Assembly (NCBI RefSeq): GCF_030144855.1
Contig: NC_082710.1
Location: forward strand, 165,354,001-165,418,000
Length of the DNA: 64,000 bases
Source of the DNA: Hypanus sabinus
Lineage: Eukaryota
Reading direction: 5' to 3'
Shown: in pieces, positions 24,754 through 35,717 of the stretch
Layout of the letters: every line of letters begins with the position of its first letter
Position numbering within the stretch: position 1 is the first letter of the stretch
Notes under the pieces: generated by a model
Database searches by the model: none
Seen by the model: only the letters and a program-made list of their open reading frames with translations
What the model was told of the DNA's origin: nothing
Position numbers and translations under genes: made by a program

Positions 24754-25204
24754 AACTTTTAAAGGATGCCCACACAGATACCCTCGTTCAGGGTTCCCTA
24801 CGTTAATTCAACTCACACAAAACAGCAAGAGGGACAATGCATCTGCCCTGAACTCTGGAGAAGGAAACGTCACCCTGGATTTCTGCCCCTGGCCCCTATG
24901 TTTCCTGCACACACTTTGTAAAGATTAGGTCTTCCTCAATTGCAAGCACGCATACTGGTTGTTATTTTTGACTGTGGCACTGGCAAACTGAAGCTTCCCA
25001 GCTGGAAAGTACCCTGAACCCCGCACATCATTCTTCAGTGCAGGTCCAAAGCCATCAAACTGGCTTTGCAGAACCAGAGAGCATAGGTTTCCGGTGAGGG
25101 ATGAAATGTTTAGGGGGATTCTGATTGAGAACTACTTCATTTGGAGGAAGATGTGGGTGAGGATTGAGCTGCCAGTGGAAGTGGTGGATGCAGGTTCAGC
25201 TGAA

Positions 25205-26845
25205 GATGCAGCGGACTGAAAATCTTGAGCATGTAGATATTAAGAAAGAGGACGTGCTGGAGCTTTTAGAAAGCATCAGGTTGGAGAAGTTGCCGGGACC
25301 GGAGGATATGTGCCCCAGGCTACTGTGGGAGGCAAGGGAGGAGATTGCTGAGCCTCTGGCGATGATCTTTGCATCATCAATGTGGATGGGAGAGTTTCCG
25401 GAGAATTGGAGGGTTGCAGATGTTGTTCCCTTATTCAAGAAAGGGAGTAGAGATAGTCCAGGTAATTATAGATCAGTGAGTCTTACCTCAGTGGTTGGTA
25501 AGTTGATGGAGAAGATCTTGAGAGGCAGGATTTATGAACATTTTAATATGTTTAGGAATAGTCAACATGGTTTTGTCAAGGGCAGGTTGTCCCTTACGAG
25601 CCTGATTGAATTTTTTGAGGATGTGACTAAACACATTGATGAAGGAAGAGCAGTAGATGTAGTGTGTATGTAGTGTGTAGTGTGTAAGGCATTTGATAAG
25701 GTACCCCGTGCAAGACTTATTAAGTAAGTAAGGAGGCATGGGATGCGAGGGGCATTGCTTTGTGGATCCTGAACGGGCTTGCCCACAGAAGGCAAAGAGT
25801 GATTGTAGACGGGTCATATTCTGCATGGAGGTCGGTGAGCAGTGGCATGCCTCAGGGATCTGTTCTGGGACCTTTACTCTTTGTGATTTTTATAAATGAC
25901 CTGGATGAGGAAGTGGACGGATGGATTAGTAAGTTTGCTGATGACACAAAGGTTGGGGGTGTTGTGGATAGTGTGGAGGGTTGTCAGAGGTTACAGCCGG
26001 ACATTGACAGGATGCAAAACTGGGCTGAGAAGTGGCAGATGGAGTTCAAACCAGGTAAGTGTGAAGTGGTTCATTTTGGTAGGTCAAATATGATGGCAAA
26101 ATAGAGGATTAATGGTAAGACTCATGGTAGTGTGGAGGATCAGAGGGATCTTGGGGTCCAAGTCCAAAGGATGCTCAAAGCAGCTGTGCATGTTGACTCT
26201 GTGGTTAAGAAGGTGTATGGTGTATTGGTCTTCATCAATCGTGGAATTGAATTTAGGAGCTGAGAGGTAATGTTGCAGCTATATAGGACCCTGGTCAGAC
26301 CCCACTTGGAGTACTGTGCTCAGTTCTGGTCACCTCACTACAGGAAGGATGTGGAAACCATCGAAAGGGTGCAGAGGAGATCTACAGGGATGTTGCCTGG
26401 ATTGGGGAGCATGTCTTATGAGAATAGGTTGAGTGAACTCGGCCTTTTCTCCTCGGAGCGACGGAGGATGAGAGGTGACCTGATAGAGGTGTATAAGATG
26501 ATGAGAGGCATTGATCGTGTGGATAGTCAGAGGCTTTTTCCCAGGGCTGAAATGGTTGCCACAAGAGGACACAGGTTTAAGGTGCTGGGGAGTAGGTACA
26601 GAGGAGATGTCAAGGGTAAGTTTTTTTTACTCAGAGAGTGGTGAGTGCGTGGAATGGGCTGCCAGCAACGGTTATGGAGGCAGGTATGATAGGGTCTTTG
26701 AAGAGACTTTTGGATAGGTACATGGAGCTTAGAAAAATAGAGGGTTATTGGTAAGCCTAGTAATTTCTAAGGTAGGGACGTGTTCAACACAACTTTGTGG
26801 ACCGAAGGGCCTGTATTGTGCTGTAGGTTTTCTATGTTTCTATGT
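25205..26845 (+). mobile_element. CR1 RT and 3' end
   Basis: ORFs 25164-25673, 25760-26104 (QGSVLGPLLFVIFINDLD...KFADDTK), 26270-26644; tttctatg tail. Confidence 0.9.
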
Positions 26846-27009
26846 TAATAATATTTTAGAGAAGTCTGGTTAGATACAGGGTCGGGTGAGTCCTGAGATG
26901 GACGTCCCAAGAAAGGTGAAGCATCTCTCAGTCTCTCCTTTCCAGCTGTAGGGATCACCGCAGGATGTTTGCTTTGGCTTGCCATGCAGGGGTCACTCGC
27001 ATATGGCCT

Positions 27010-27385
27010 CGTCGACACTACTGTGCCCATAGCAACGCCTTCATATGGCGGCTCTGTTCTTACTGAGTTTGCTATGTCATGGAGCGACCAGCATTATAAC
27101 TGGGTAGGCAGCCAGCCTAGGAGAAGGAAAACTCCAATTCCAAACCCGGGCAGATGAGACTCACTAGCCTCGCCAGGCAGTCCGTCTAAGTGAAGGAAAA
27201 CTCCGATACTCAACCTATAGCCTTGTGGTCACCGCAGTCGTTGCAGCTCGTAGTGCCATTGTGGAACATCCTCAGGCCTAAAGTGTGTAGTCGGTTCACG
27301 CGCACCGATCCTCGCTTTAAACCTATTCAGTGCGGGCGGGAAGAGAAGTCCTACAGTGATGTTGAAGGGGTGATCTTCTTCCATC
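27010..27385 (+). mobile_element. RTE-like LINE 5' UTR fragment; near-identical inverted copy at 33544-33908
   Basis: Two internal gaaggaaaactcc repeats; the ORF track gives the same peptide TTVPIATPSYGGSV...PIPNPGR at 26969+ and 33767-; family name is by recall only. Confidence 0.55.
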
Positions 27386-27479
27386 CTGACCTTCGCAAGC
27401 GAAGAACCAGCCATCAGGTAGGGACAAGGATGACAAAAGTATGGCGGGTTGTGGTCTGGGAGCAGGTTGATGGGTCTTC

Positions 27480-27800
27480 AACCTGATAAGATTATTAAGG
27501 GATTGGACACACTGGAGGCAGGAAGCATGTTCCCGCTGATGGATGAGTCCAGAACTAGAGGCCACAGTTTAAGAATAAGGGGCAGGCCATTTTAGAACAG
27601 TGATACGGAAAAACTTTTTCACCCGGAGAGTGGTGGATATGTAGAATGCTCTGCCCCAGAAGGCAGTGGAGGCCAAGTCTCTGGATGCATTCAAGAGAGA
27701 GTTAGATAGAGCTCTTATCGATAGCGGGGTCAAGGGATATGGAGAGAGGGCAGGAATGGGGTACTGATTGTGTATGATCAGCCATGATCACAGTGAGTGG
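27480..27800 (+). mobile_element. Young CR1 3' fragment (same subfamily as 50175-51110)
   Basis: gggattggacacactggaggcagg...; (ctattgt)n tail. Confidence 0.8.
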
Positions 27801-28559
27801 TGGTGCTGGCTAGAAGGGCTGAATGGCCTACTCCTGCACTTACTGTCTATTGTCTATTGACTAGGTAATAAACGGGACAGGCACAAAGTAGTTAGGGCAA
27901 ATGGCCTGTTTCTGTTGTGGTGCCTCATGACTATTCCAAGTCTCACATAATCAGAAAACTCCTTAGGTAGATGTCAGCCTTAGTACAGAGGGATACAGCA
28001 TGGGAACAGTCCATTCAGCCCATCAAATCTACACTGACCATTAATCATCCATTTGCGGTTACCCTGTGCTAATCCCATATTTTATTCTCATATCATCATC
28101 GGTGTCTCCGAGATTCTCCCACTCACTACATTCTAGGGGCAATGGACAGTGGCTATTTAACCTACCCATCTTTAGGATGTGGGAGGAAAATAACTTCACA
28201 GTTTTCCACTGAAGTGTAAATTTCAGCATCTGAGGTCAGGACCAAACTGAGGTCTCTGGTGCAATGAGGCTGTGGTTCTGTGGCTGTAATTCTGTGACAA
28301 AGAACGACACAGAGCCCTTTGAAAATGCTTTGTTTCTCTACCATTGCCTGTAGCCCTCCAAAATCCTGCAACTCCTGATTGCCTCTCGGCTGATTGGTTT
28401 AATGTTTTGTAACTTCCACATTAGCACAGTTCCTGCCCGGTGATGTGCCAAAAAAGTTATCGCAGTTACTTGGAAATCTGATTTATATTTAACTATGGAT
28501 TGTTGGAATAATGAAATACATAGTTGTAAACAACTTGAAAAAATTACATACAATCTAAG

Positions 28560-29130
28560 AAATGAATATGATATATTTTTGAAAATTTGGCTCCCATACC
28601 TACAAAAGATAGGATTAAATACATAGGTCCTTTGAAGATAAAATTATAAAGTAATTGGGGAAAGTAGAAATAAATATTAAAATTATTTTGAACTCCATGG
28701 AGCATGTGGGGATCCTCCGATATCCAGGCAATCTTTCTCTCTTTTTTTTCTTTAGATAAGGGTTAAGGGGGGGAGGGTCAATATTATTTTTCTCACTTTT
28801 TATCATCACATTTATTCTTTGTAATTTTCTAAAATTTAATAAATAAATATATTTTAAAAAATTATATCCTCAAAATGGACTGCCCAGTCCCCTGTATTTT
28901 AGTTTTGTTTTAAGTTAGTTTAGTGGATTTTTTTTTCTTTCTCAATAACAGAAATTTTGAGTCTTTTTTCTATGATAAGAGCTGTGGTTCTTTTTCTATT
29001 AGCTCAGTATTATACTATACATGATTTTGACAGTGTATATTACTTTCTTTGTACTTTGATTGAAATATGTATTTGAGATAATTTCTCCTCTGACTTGTAT
29101 CTATTCTTATCTTTTGTAAATCAAAAAAGA
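28560..29130 (+). mobile_element. L1/Tx1-like LINE 3' ends (two adjacent)
   Basis: YDIFLKIWLPYLQKIGLNT* resembles an L1-clade ORF2 C-terminus; AATAAA plus A-rich tail at ~28837-28861; second T-rich 3' UTR ending in an A-run ~29125. Confidence 0.5.
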
Positions 29131-29589
29131 TCGAAAATGAAGAAAGTAGAACTTGAAGGCAGAATAATATATATACACATACATACATACATACTCCTGA
29201 ATCCCTCCTCTTGCACAAAAAAAGAAACGTAATGGATCAGGCGCACTGACCCCCAAGTCCCCCATCCCTCCTCCCACAGAAGAAAAAACTCAAAATGGAT
29301 CAGACACATCGACCTTAAAATCCCACCCCCCTCCCCCTTAAAATTCCCGAGAAGATCAGGCGAAAAAAAACATAGTATAAGATCCATAAGACTAAAAATT
29401 CGAGTCTATATTTAGTCCAAAGTCCAAATCCAAAAACAGAAAAAACCTGGAGGTAGTCTCCGCGCCCAGACGCAGCAGCAGGCCTTTCACTTACCGGTCC
29501 AGAGCAGCTGATCAAAAGACAAGCAGCTGGTGCTCACAAATAATTTTTAAAAAAAAGTGAAGTTGTGTTCTTGGATTCAATGCCTATTT

Positions 29590-30130
29590 CAGAATCAGAT
29601 GGCAGAGGGAAAGAAGGTATTCCTGAATCGCTGAGTGTGCGTCTTCAGGCATCTGAACCACCTTCCTGTCAGTAACAATGAGAAGAAGGCACATTCTGGG
29701 TAATGGGGGACCTTGATAATGGACGCTACCTTTCTGAGGCACCGCTGCTTGAATAGATAATACAGAGGCTTGTGCCCAAGATGGAGTTGACTCATTTTAC
29801 AACTCTCTGTAACTCCTTTTGATGCTATGCAGTAGCGACCAACACCCCAACCCATACCAGACAATGACAGAATGGTTCATCTGCAGATATTTTCAGGTCT
29901 TTTAGGTGATAAACCAAATCTGCTGATGCTCCTAATGAAATATAGCTGCTGTCTTGCCTTCTTTTTAGCAAAATGTTGGTACCAGGTTAGTTCCTCAGAG
30001 ATCTTGACACCCAGGTACTCACTTTCCCCATTTCTGATCCCTCTGAGGATTGGTTCATGTTCCCCAGTAAGGTGGAATAGAGAGATCTTGGAGTCCATGT
30101 CCAAAGATAATTCAAATATTCTGCACAATT
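29590..30130 (-). mobile_element. Rex1/Babar-type fragments
   Basis: ORF 29595-29864 LLTGRWFRCLKTHTQRFRNTFFPSAI; ORF 29877-30128 YLGVKISEELTW...KARQQLYFIRS. Confidence 0.7.
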
Positions 30131-30299
30131 TGATAGGATGGTGATGAAGGCATTTGCTGTATCAGCCTTCATTATTTGGGCAAGTAGAGTTGCAGGAGAA
30201 TGGGAACCAGAGTGCCAGAACACTTGGCAGAGAGGTTGTGGAGGCAAATGTTGATAAGACCTCAGGCAAATTTAGGAATCAAATGTTTGAGCATGGTGT

Positions 30300-31330
30300 G
30301 ACTATGTCCTGATCAGTATATATTTCAAGTACTGTCATAGGAAAGGCAGGTAATAGAACTGAAGATGAGGTAACCAGTTTACAAACAGAGAGAATGTGTG
30401 CTGAGGCGAGGCTGTTGATCGGGCAAAATTACAGACAACAGGATGACTTGCAACATAAAGGGCAGACAAAATCGAAAAGCTCAGACAAAGTTAGGAATCA
30501 AAAAAGGTGGAGCATGGTGCCACAAAAATGAAAAGGGTGAACATGGAACTGAAGATATTGTATCTGAATGCACACAGTATCCAGTATAAAAATGAAAAGG
30601 GTGAACATGGAACTGAAGATATTGTATCTGAATGCACGCAGTATCCAGTATAAAGTAGCTGAACTTGCAGCACATGTGCAGATTGACAAGTATGATGTTG
30701 TAGGCATCACGGAATCCTGGCTGAAGGATTATAGCTGGGTGTTTAATGTCCAAGGATACACACTGTATCAAAAGAATAGTCAAGAAGGCAGAGGGGGTGG
30801 CATTGCTCTGTTGGTAAAAAAAAGTTGTCTCAAATATTAGAACGAGGTGACAGGGTCGGAAGTGTTGAGTCATTGTGGATAAATCTAAGGAACTAAAAGG
30901 GTAAAAAGACCCTGTTGAAAGTTGCATAAAGACCCCCAGAGAGTAATAACCAAAGAGAGGGCATTTAATAGACCAAGATTAGTGGGAATTTAGAGGATTG
31001 GAAAGCTTTTAAATACCAACAGAAGGCAAGTAAAAAAGTCATTGAGAAGGTAAAGGTGAAATATGAAAGTAAGCAGAAAGTAATATTAAAGAGGAGACCA
31101 AAAGATTCCTCAGATACATAACGTGTAAAAGAGAGGCAAGAGTAGAAATTGGACGGCTGAAAAACGATGCGGGAGAGGTAGTAATGGGGGCAATGAAATA
31201 GCAGGCAAACAATAAATATTTTGCATCAATCTTCACTGTAGAAGACCCTAGCAGTGTGGTGGTAGTTCCAGGTGCCAGGGGGCATGAATGTGTAAAGATA
31301 CCACAACCAGAGAGAAGTTTCTTGAGATTT
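30300..31330 (+). mobile_element. CR1 fragments (APE region and linker) with a 64-bp tandem duplication at 30524-30654
   Basis: ORF 30568-30840 LKILYLNARSI...DVVGITESWL; aaaaatgaaaagggtgaacatgg...ccagtataa occurs twice, 64 nt apart. Confidence 0.8.
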
Positions 31331-31701
31331 GTGTGTTTTTTACACATTTCGATCATAAAACGGTTAAGGTTTTCTCGCTTAATCGCGTGAGATCCCAGTC
31401 TCACTGTCCCAGTTAGGCACCGAGGGTGCTTACAGAAAGTCTCCCCACCACCACCGATCTGCAACGGCAAACGTGGCTCAGGGAAAGGAATAAAGAAACT
31501 ATTCTTCACAAGATATAGACTGGTTTAAAAGAACTGGACAGAAAAAGGCTGCGCGAAGTAATCGAGATTAAATTCGAAACCAAAGCAAAGCCAGAATCAA
31601 AAGCACTTATTTCAGCTTCCTGCGTTGGTGTCAGCGTGTAGCCCCTCCACCACCTCCTCTCCCCCCCACCACCCCTTCACTAGCTTAAGGCGTGAACCCA
31701 C

Positions 31702-31771
31702 CTCTGGAATTGCACAACAGCAGGCAAATAATCGCGCTGCCGGAGATGATCCACGAACTTCTGTTCAACAT
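31702..31771 (-). CDS. Gene L leader (signal peptide) exon
   Basis: cacagaagacATG, MLNRSSWIISGSAIICLLLCNSR + G|GTGGGT; 70 nt, phase 1; homologous to 44710-44779. Confidence 0.8.
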
Positions 31772-31870
31772 GTCTTCTGTGAAACTAAGACTGACATTTA
31801 AATGTCGTATTGTTAACCCGCTGTGGTGGGACGGTGAACATCGAGAGGCGGGGAAACGGAAAGCAGATAC
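31772..31870 (-). promoter_or_regulatory. Gene L proximal promoter / 5' UTR
   Basis: CpG-rich; GAAACGGAAA (IRF-type) 31853-31862, GC box ~31845-31853, TGTGGT (RUNX-type) 31822-31827; alignable to 44615-44709. Confidence 0.6.
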
Positions 31871-32757
31871 GACGAAGCTGGCTCTTGTCACAACACGCTG
31901 GAGGAATTCTGCAAGTCGGGCAGAATCCGTGGAAACGAACAGGGTGTTGTGCGTGTTGCTTTGACCCCAGCATCTGCAGAGTATCTTGTGTTTACCAAGC
32001 CAGCTGTTCACTGCAGGATCCCATCAGTCGCCGCCCTTTGTACCTGTTCCTCCCATTTCTCACGGCAAGTTAACCTGCAGCGGTACTGACTATAGACAAT
32101 GCAATACAATGTAGTAGTCTAGTTTCAACCCTCCAGGTTGGAACAGACACTGTCTGCTCTTTATTTGCATTTCAATTGTATCAACTTCTGCAGGTCACTC
32201 CTTATCTGGGTGGTGCTCCATCTTGCGGAGTGGAATCAGAATCAGCTTTAATATCACTGGAATATGTCATAGAATTTGTTGCTCTGTGGCAGCAATACAT
32301 AATCACTTAAAATGATAAATTACAATAAAAATCTATAGGCAAATAAATAAGTAGTGCAAAAGAGAGTAAAAAAGAAAATCAAGTGTGGTAGTGTACATGG
32401 GATTATTGTCTATGGTGGAGGAGAAGAAGCTGTTCCTGAAACATTCAGTTGGTGTCACCTTTCACTTCTTGTATCTCCATCTGGTAATTTTCCCCTCCCC
32501 CTTCCCTCTTGTTGTAAATATTGATTTCTCCTTTCAATATTTTCCCTCCCCCTTTTTTTCTTCTTATATTCTCCACTCTGGCCGCTCTGCCTACCATCTC
32601 CCCGGTGTGCCTTCTTCTTCCCTTTATCTCATGAACCTCTCTCTTTTCCTACCAGATTCCTTTTTCTCCAGCAATCTTCCTTTCACCAGCCACCTGACCA
32701 CTGATCACTAGCTGGTCCTCCCCCATCTTTCATTCTGACATCTTCTCCCTTCCTTTC

Positions 32758-32794
32758 TAGTCCTGAAGAAGGATCTCATCCTGAAATATTGATT
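32758..32794 (+). ncRNA. Minimal type-I hammerhead motif, fully self-consistent
   Basis: AGUC-CUGAAGA-AGGA(UCUCA)UCCU-GAA-AUAU-U-GAUU; 4-bp helix II, palindromic helix III, 4-bp helix I; at the end of a Penelope terminus (~32470-32795). Confidence 0.6.
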
Positions 32795-32796
32795 CT

Positions 32797-33543
32797 TGTT
32801 ATGAGTGATGATGGACAATGTTCTTGTTATGAGTGATGATGGACAATGGGGTGCGAGTTAACCAACCCCCCCCCCCCGAGAACCACAAACTATTACTGTT
32901 GCTATGCTGACCATGAGAAAGAGAGACGAAAAACAGGCAGGAACATCTGCGACAGAGAAGAGAGAGAGGGAGATTGCTGATTAACTGTATTGTGACTCCT
33001 TTTGAATTTTTTACTGTTTCGCTGCAAGGACAATAGTTCACTTGTTAACATTCCTCAGTGGACTGTAGGAGTGGCATGATTTAATGGACACGGTCATTCA
33101 GAGTTGATGGATAGCTGAGTCCCCGTTGGTAGGGATGAAAGACAGGTCTGGAGAGACACCCTTCAGATACGCCAGTGGACACTGACTGTGTTTTGGGAAC
33201 CCACAGAAAGGTGGGGGCTTTGGAGACCGAACCAGGAGATCGGTCAGTAAAACTCACAGTGTTACAGCAGGGCCGGTGGGGACTTGTGTGTGTGTCCACT
33301 CATGCCAGAGTGACGAGTCCACCACAGAAGAACAGACTAGCAGAAGGATGGAGAGGTCATAGCTGGATGATGGAATAAGAATAAATAATTCAAGGTTTGC
33401 CTGACTGCAGCTGTTACATCTCTTTCTCTCTCTCTCTCTCTCCCCAATGATTACAACTTAACAAGGATAACTACCTCAGCACTCATGAACTGAACTGAAC
33501 TTTTTATTCTATGACAATTCATTTACCCCTAGACATCGATAGA
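32797..33543 (+). mobile_element. Partial LTR of the same family as 4213-5151, with a 28-bp tandem duplication at its 5' end
   Basis: Reverse complement of ~4400-5151; ttcttgttatgagtgatgatggacaatg at 32793-32820 and 32821-32848; truncated by the RTE-like fragment at 33544. Confidence 0.8.
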
Positions 33544-35392
33544 AGAAGATCACCCCTTCACCATCACATGTAGGACTTCTCTTCCCGCCCGCACTGAATA
33601 GGTTTAAAGCGAGGATCGGTGCGCATGAACCGACTACACACTTTAGGCCTGAGGATGTTCCACAATGGCACTACGAGCTGCAATGACTGCGGTGACCACA
33701 AGGCTATAGGTTGAGTATTGGAGTTTTCCTTCACTTAGACGGACTGCCTGGCGAGGCTAGTGAGTCTCACCTGCCCGGGTTTGGAATTGGAGTTGTCCTT
33801 CTCCTAGGCTGGCTGCCTACCCAGTTATAATGCTGGTCGCTCCATGACATAGCAAACTCAGTAAGAACAGAGCCGCCATATGAAGGCGTTGCTATGGGCA
33901 CAGTAGTGTTGAGCTGAGATGAGGCAAAGTGAAGGGATACAGACAGAGGGTTTGGGCAGGACAATCCAGCAGCCACAGGCTGAATCCTGAAGCTATTTAT
34001 GAGGCCAGCCCAAACAAGAATCAGCTGCCTCAACAGAAACTGGGGAAACCTGGAAAAAGGAACATGGACCAGACTGTGAACTGGAATGCAGATTTCACAG
34101 ACTGGATCATGACAAGTGAAGCTGCTGAATTACAGATACGATGGGGCACGAGCAGGAATCCAAGCATTCCTTCCATTCTACCTGTCTCACTGGTTCTTCA
34201 GACTGTCTAAGTCATAAACATTTTAATTACCTTTAATCTCCATTGAAAGATTCTGAGAATGGTTTCTTTGTGTCCTCAGCACATCCTAAAGTAATGATTG
34301 CATATAGTACTCACTTTGTTACCTCAACCTCCTCCCTCAGTGCACAACATTCAAGAAATATTTGCAGTTAATAAAGAAACTCATGTGATACAGTTAAGAA
34401 GTTATATTGTCTGTGATCTGGTTTAAATGGGATGCAGGTATATGAACATCAGTTAAACCTTTAACAGCAGATTGTATTACATGGCCCTTCGGAGCAAGAG
34501 GCATCACTGTTCTGCAACATACTGCTGTTAGGAGTGAGATACCTTCGATCCTTTCAACTCAGATCTTGCTGTTGGGATCCAAGTTTCCATTTGTGGCTCG
34601 GATTTTGGCCTTGCACATTCTTAGATCCCTTAAGATCTCCCAGGCATTGTTCCTTTATCTGCCGCACAACTAAGAGGAAACTGGTGTCTGTTGTGGTGTT
34701 GCTGATGGAGAGATGTTTGAGATTTGTAGCTCGGGGAGAGGCTGTCTGGTCAGGTTGGTATCTCCAGTCAGGTGGAGACAGAGAGCTCGTCCAATGTTGC
34801 AGGTTGGAACCATGGCAACGAAGGGTGTGTGGTGCAAGGCCTGTTGAAGGGCCTGAATGAGAACAACTGAAATGGGACCCGCCGTGTTGGAATTTATGCA
34901 GGAAGTTACCCTTTAAGAGGTTCAGAAGAAGGACTGATAGGCACTGCAAAGGCTATCTTCTGCTGTGACGGATATATGATGCTCACCATTCTGAAGTGAA
35001 GGAAAATCCCATTGATTGTGTGGGTTGAGTACCACTGTACCTCCCAGGGATGTTCTATAGCAAGCCACAAAAGGAACCAGAGCAAGTGCCATGCAGTTTG
35101 GAAAGCACTGCATTTTATTGTTGCCAAATTTCATGATACACACTGAACACAGATTGGAACGTGGGCAGTTTTCCCCGCAGCTCATGGACTTCCTTTGAAT
35201 TCCTGCTCAGGAAGTGGTGTGGTCTCACTCCAGTAATGATTGTCAGGTGGCAATGGCTGGTTCAGTGAAACAATACCTGATCGGAAGTCAAGCCAGGAAT
35301 CCCACTAACAAAGACTGACTTCAGCCCAACTATTGTGAAGGGATATTACCAAGGACTACACTGTGTAATTTAATAAGAATATTCAAGAGTAC

Positions 35393-35439
35393 CTGCCTTC
35401 ATTGAACTTGGGATCTTCTTTCTTCTTCAAACACAAACT
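35393..35439 (-). pseudogene. Relic 3' end of a TM exon from a third, older CD2/SLAM paralog
   Basis: Encodes LCLKKKEDPKFNEG + AG|GTACTC versus MYWKREPKCNEG + AG|GTACTT in gene R; downstream intron 35392-34745 aligns with 9535-8885. Confidence 0.75.
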
Positions 35440-35521
35440 TCAATGAGATCGCCACTCATTCTTCTAAATTCTGCAGAATACAGGTTTAGGCTATGCAGAC
35501 TCACATTATACCACAAACTGC

Positions 35522-35717
35522 AATCAGCCAGTGAAATGTCTCTGTATAACACTGATCTCTACATATCCCTGTCACAGTTTGCTGAAATCAGCCCAGTGAA
35601 ATGTCTCTGTACAACACTGATCTCGACATATCCCTCTGTCACAGTTTGCTGAAATCAGCCCAGTGAAATGTCTCTGTATAACAGTGATCTCTACATAACC
35701 CTCTGTCACAGTATGCT
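35522..35717. repeat. Minisatellite, ~67-bp unit x 3
   Basis: aatcagcc(c)agtgaaatgtctctgta...gtcacagtttgctga starts at 35522, 35586 and 35653. Confidence 0.9.

Noticed and set aside
27010-27385. HDV-like ribozyme in the gaaggaaaactcc-containing UTR
   Set aside because: Only a small GGAG/CUCC hairpin and a 5-bp pairing were found; no UCC-containing L3 or nested pseudoknot could be assembled.
32163-32170. Octamer ATTTGCAT upstream of gene L
   Set aside because: Single 8-mer about 390 nt from the ATG, beyond a repeat insertion, with no counterpart at gene R; expected by chance in 64 kb.
35522-35717. CRISPR-like array
   Set aside because: The units are contiguous full-length repeats with no unique spacers, in eukaryotic DNA with no cas genes.
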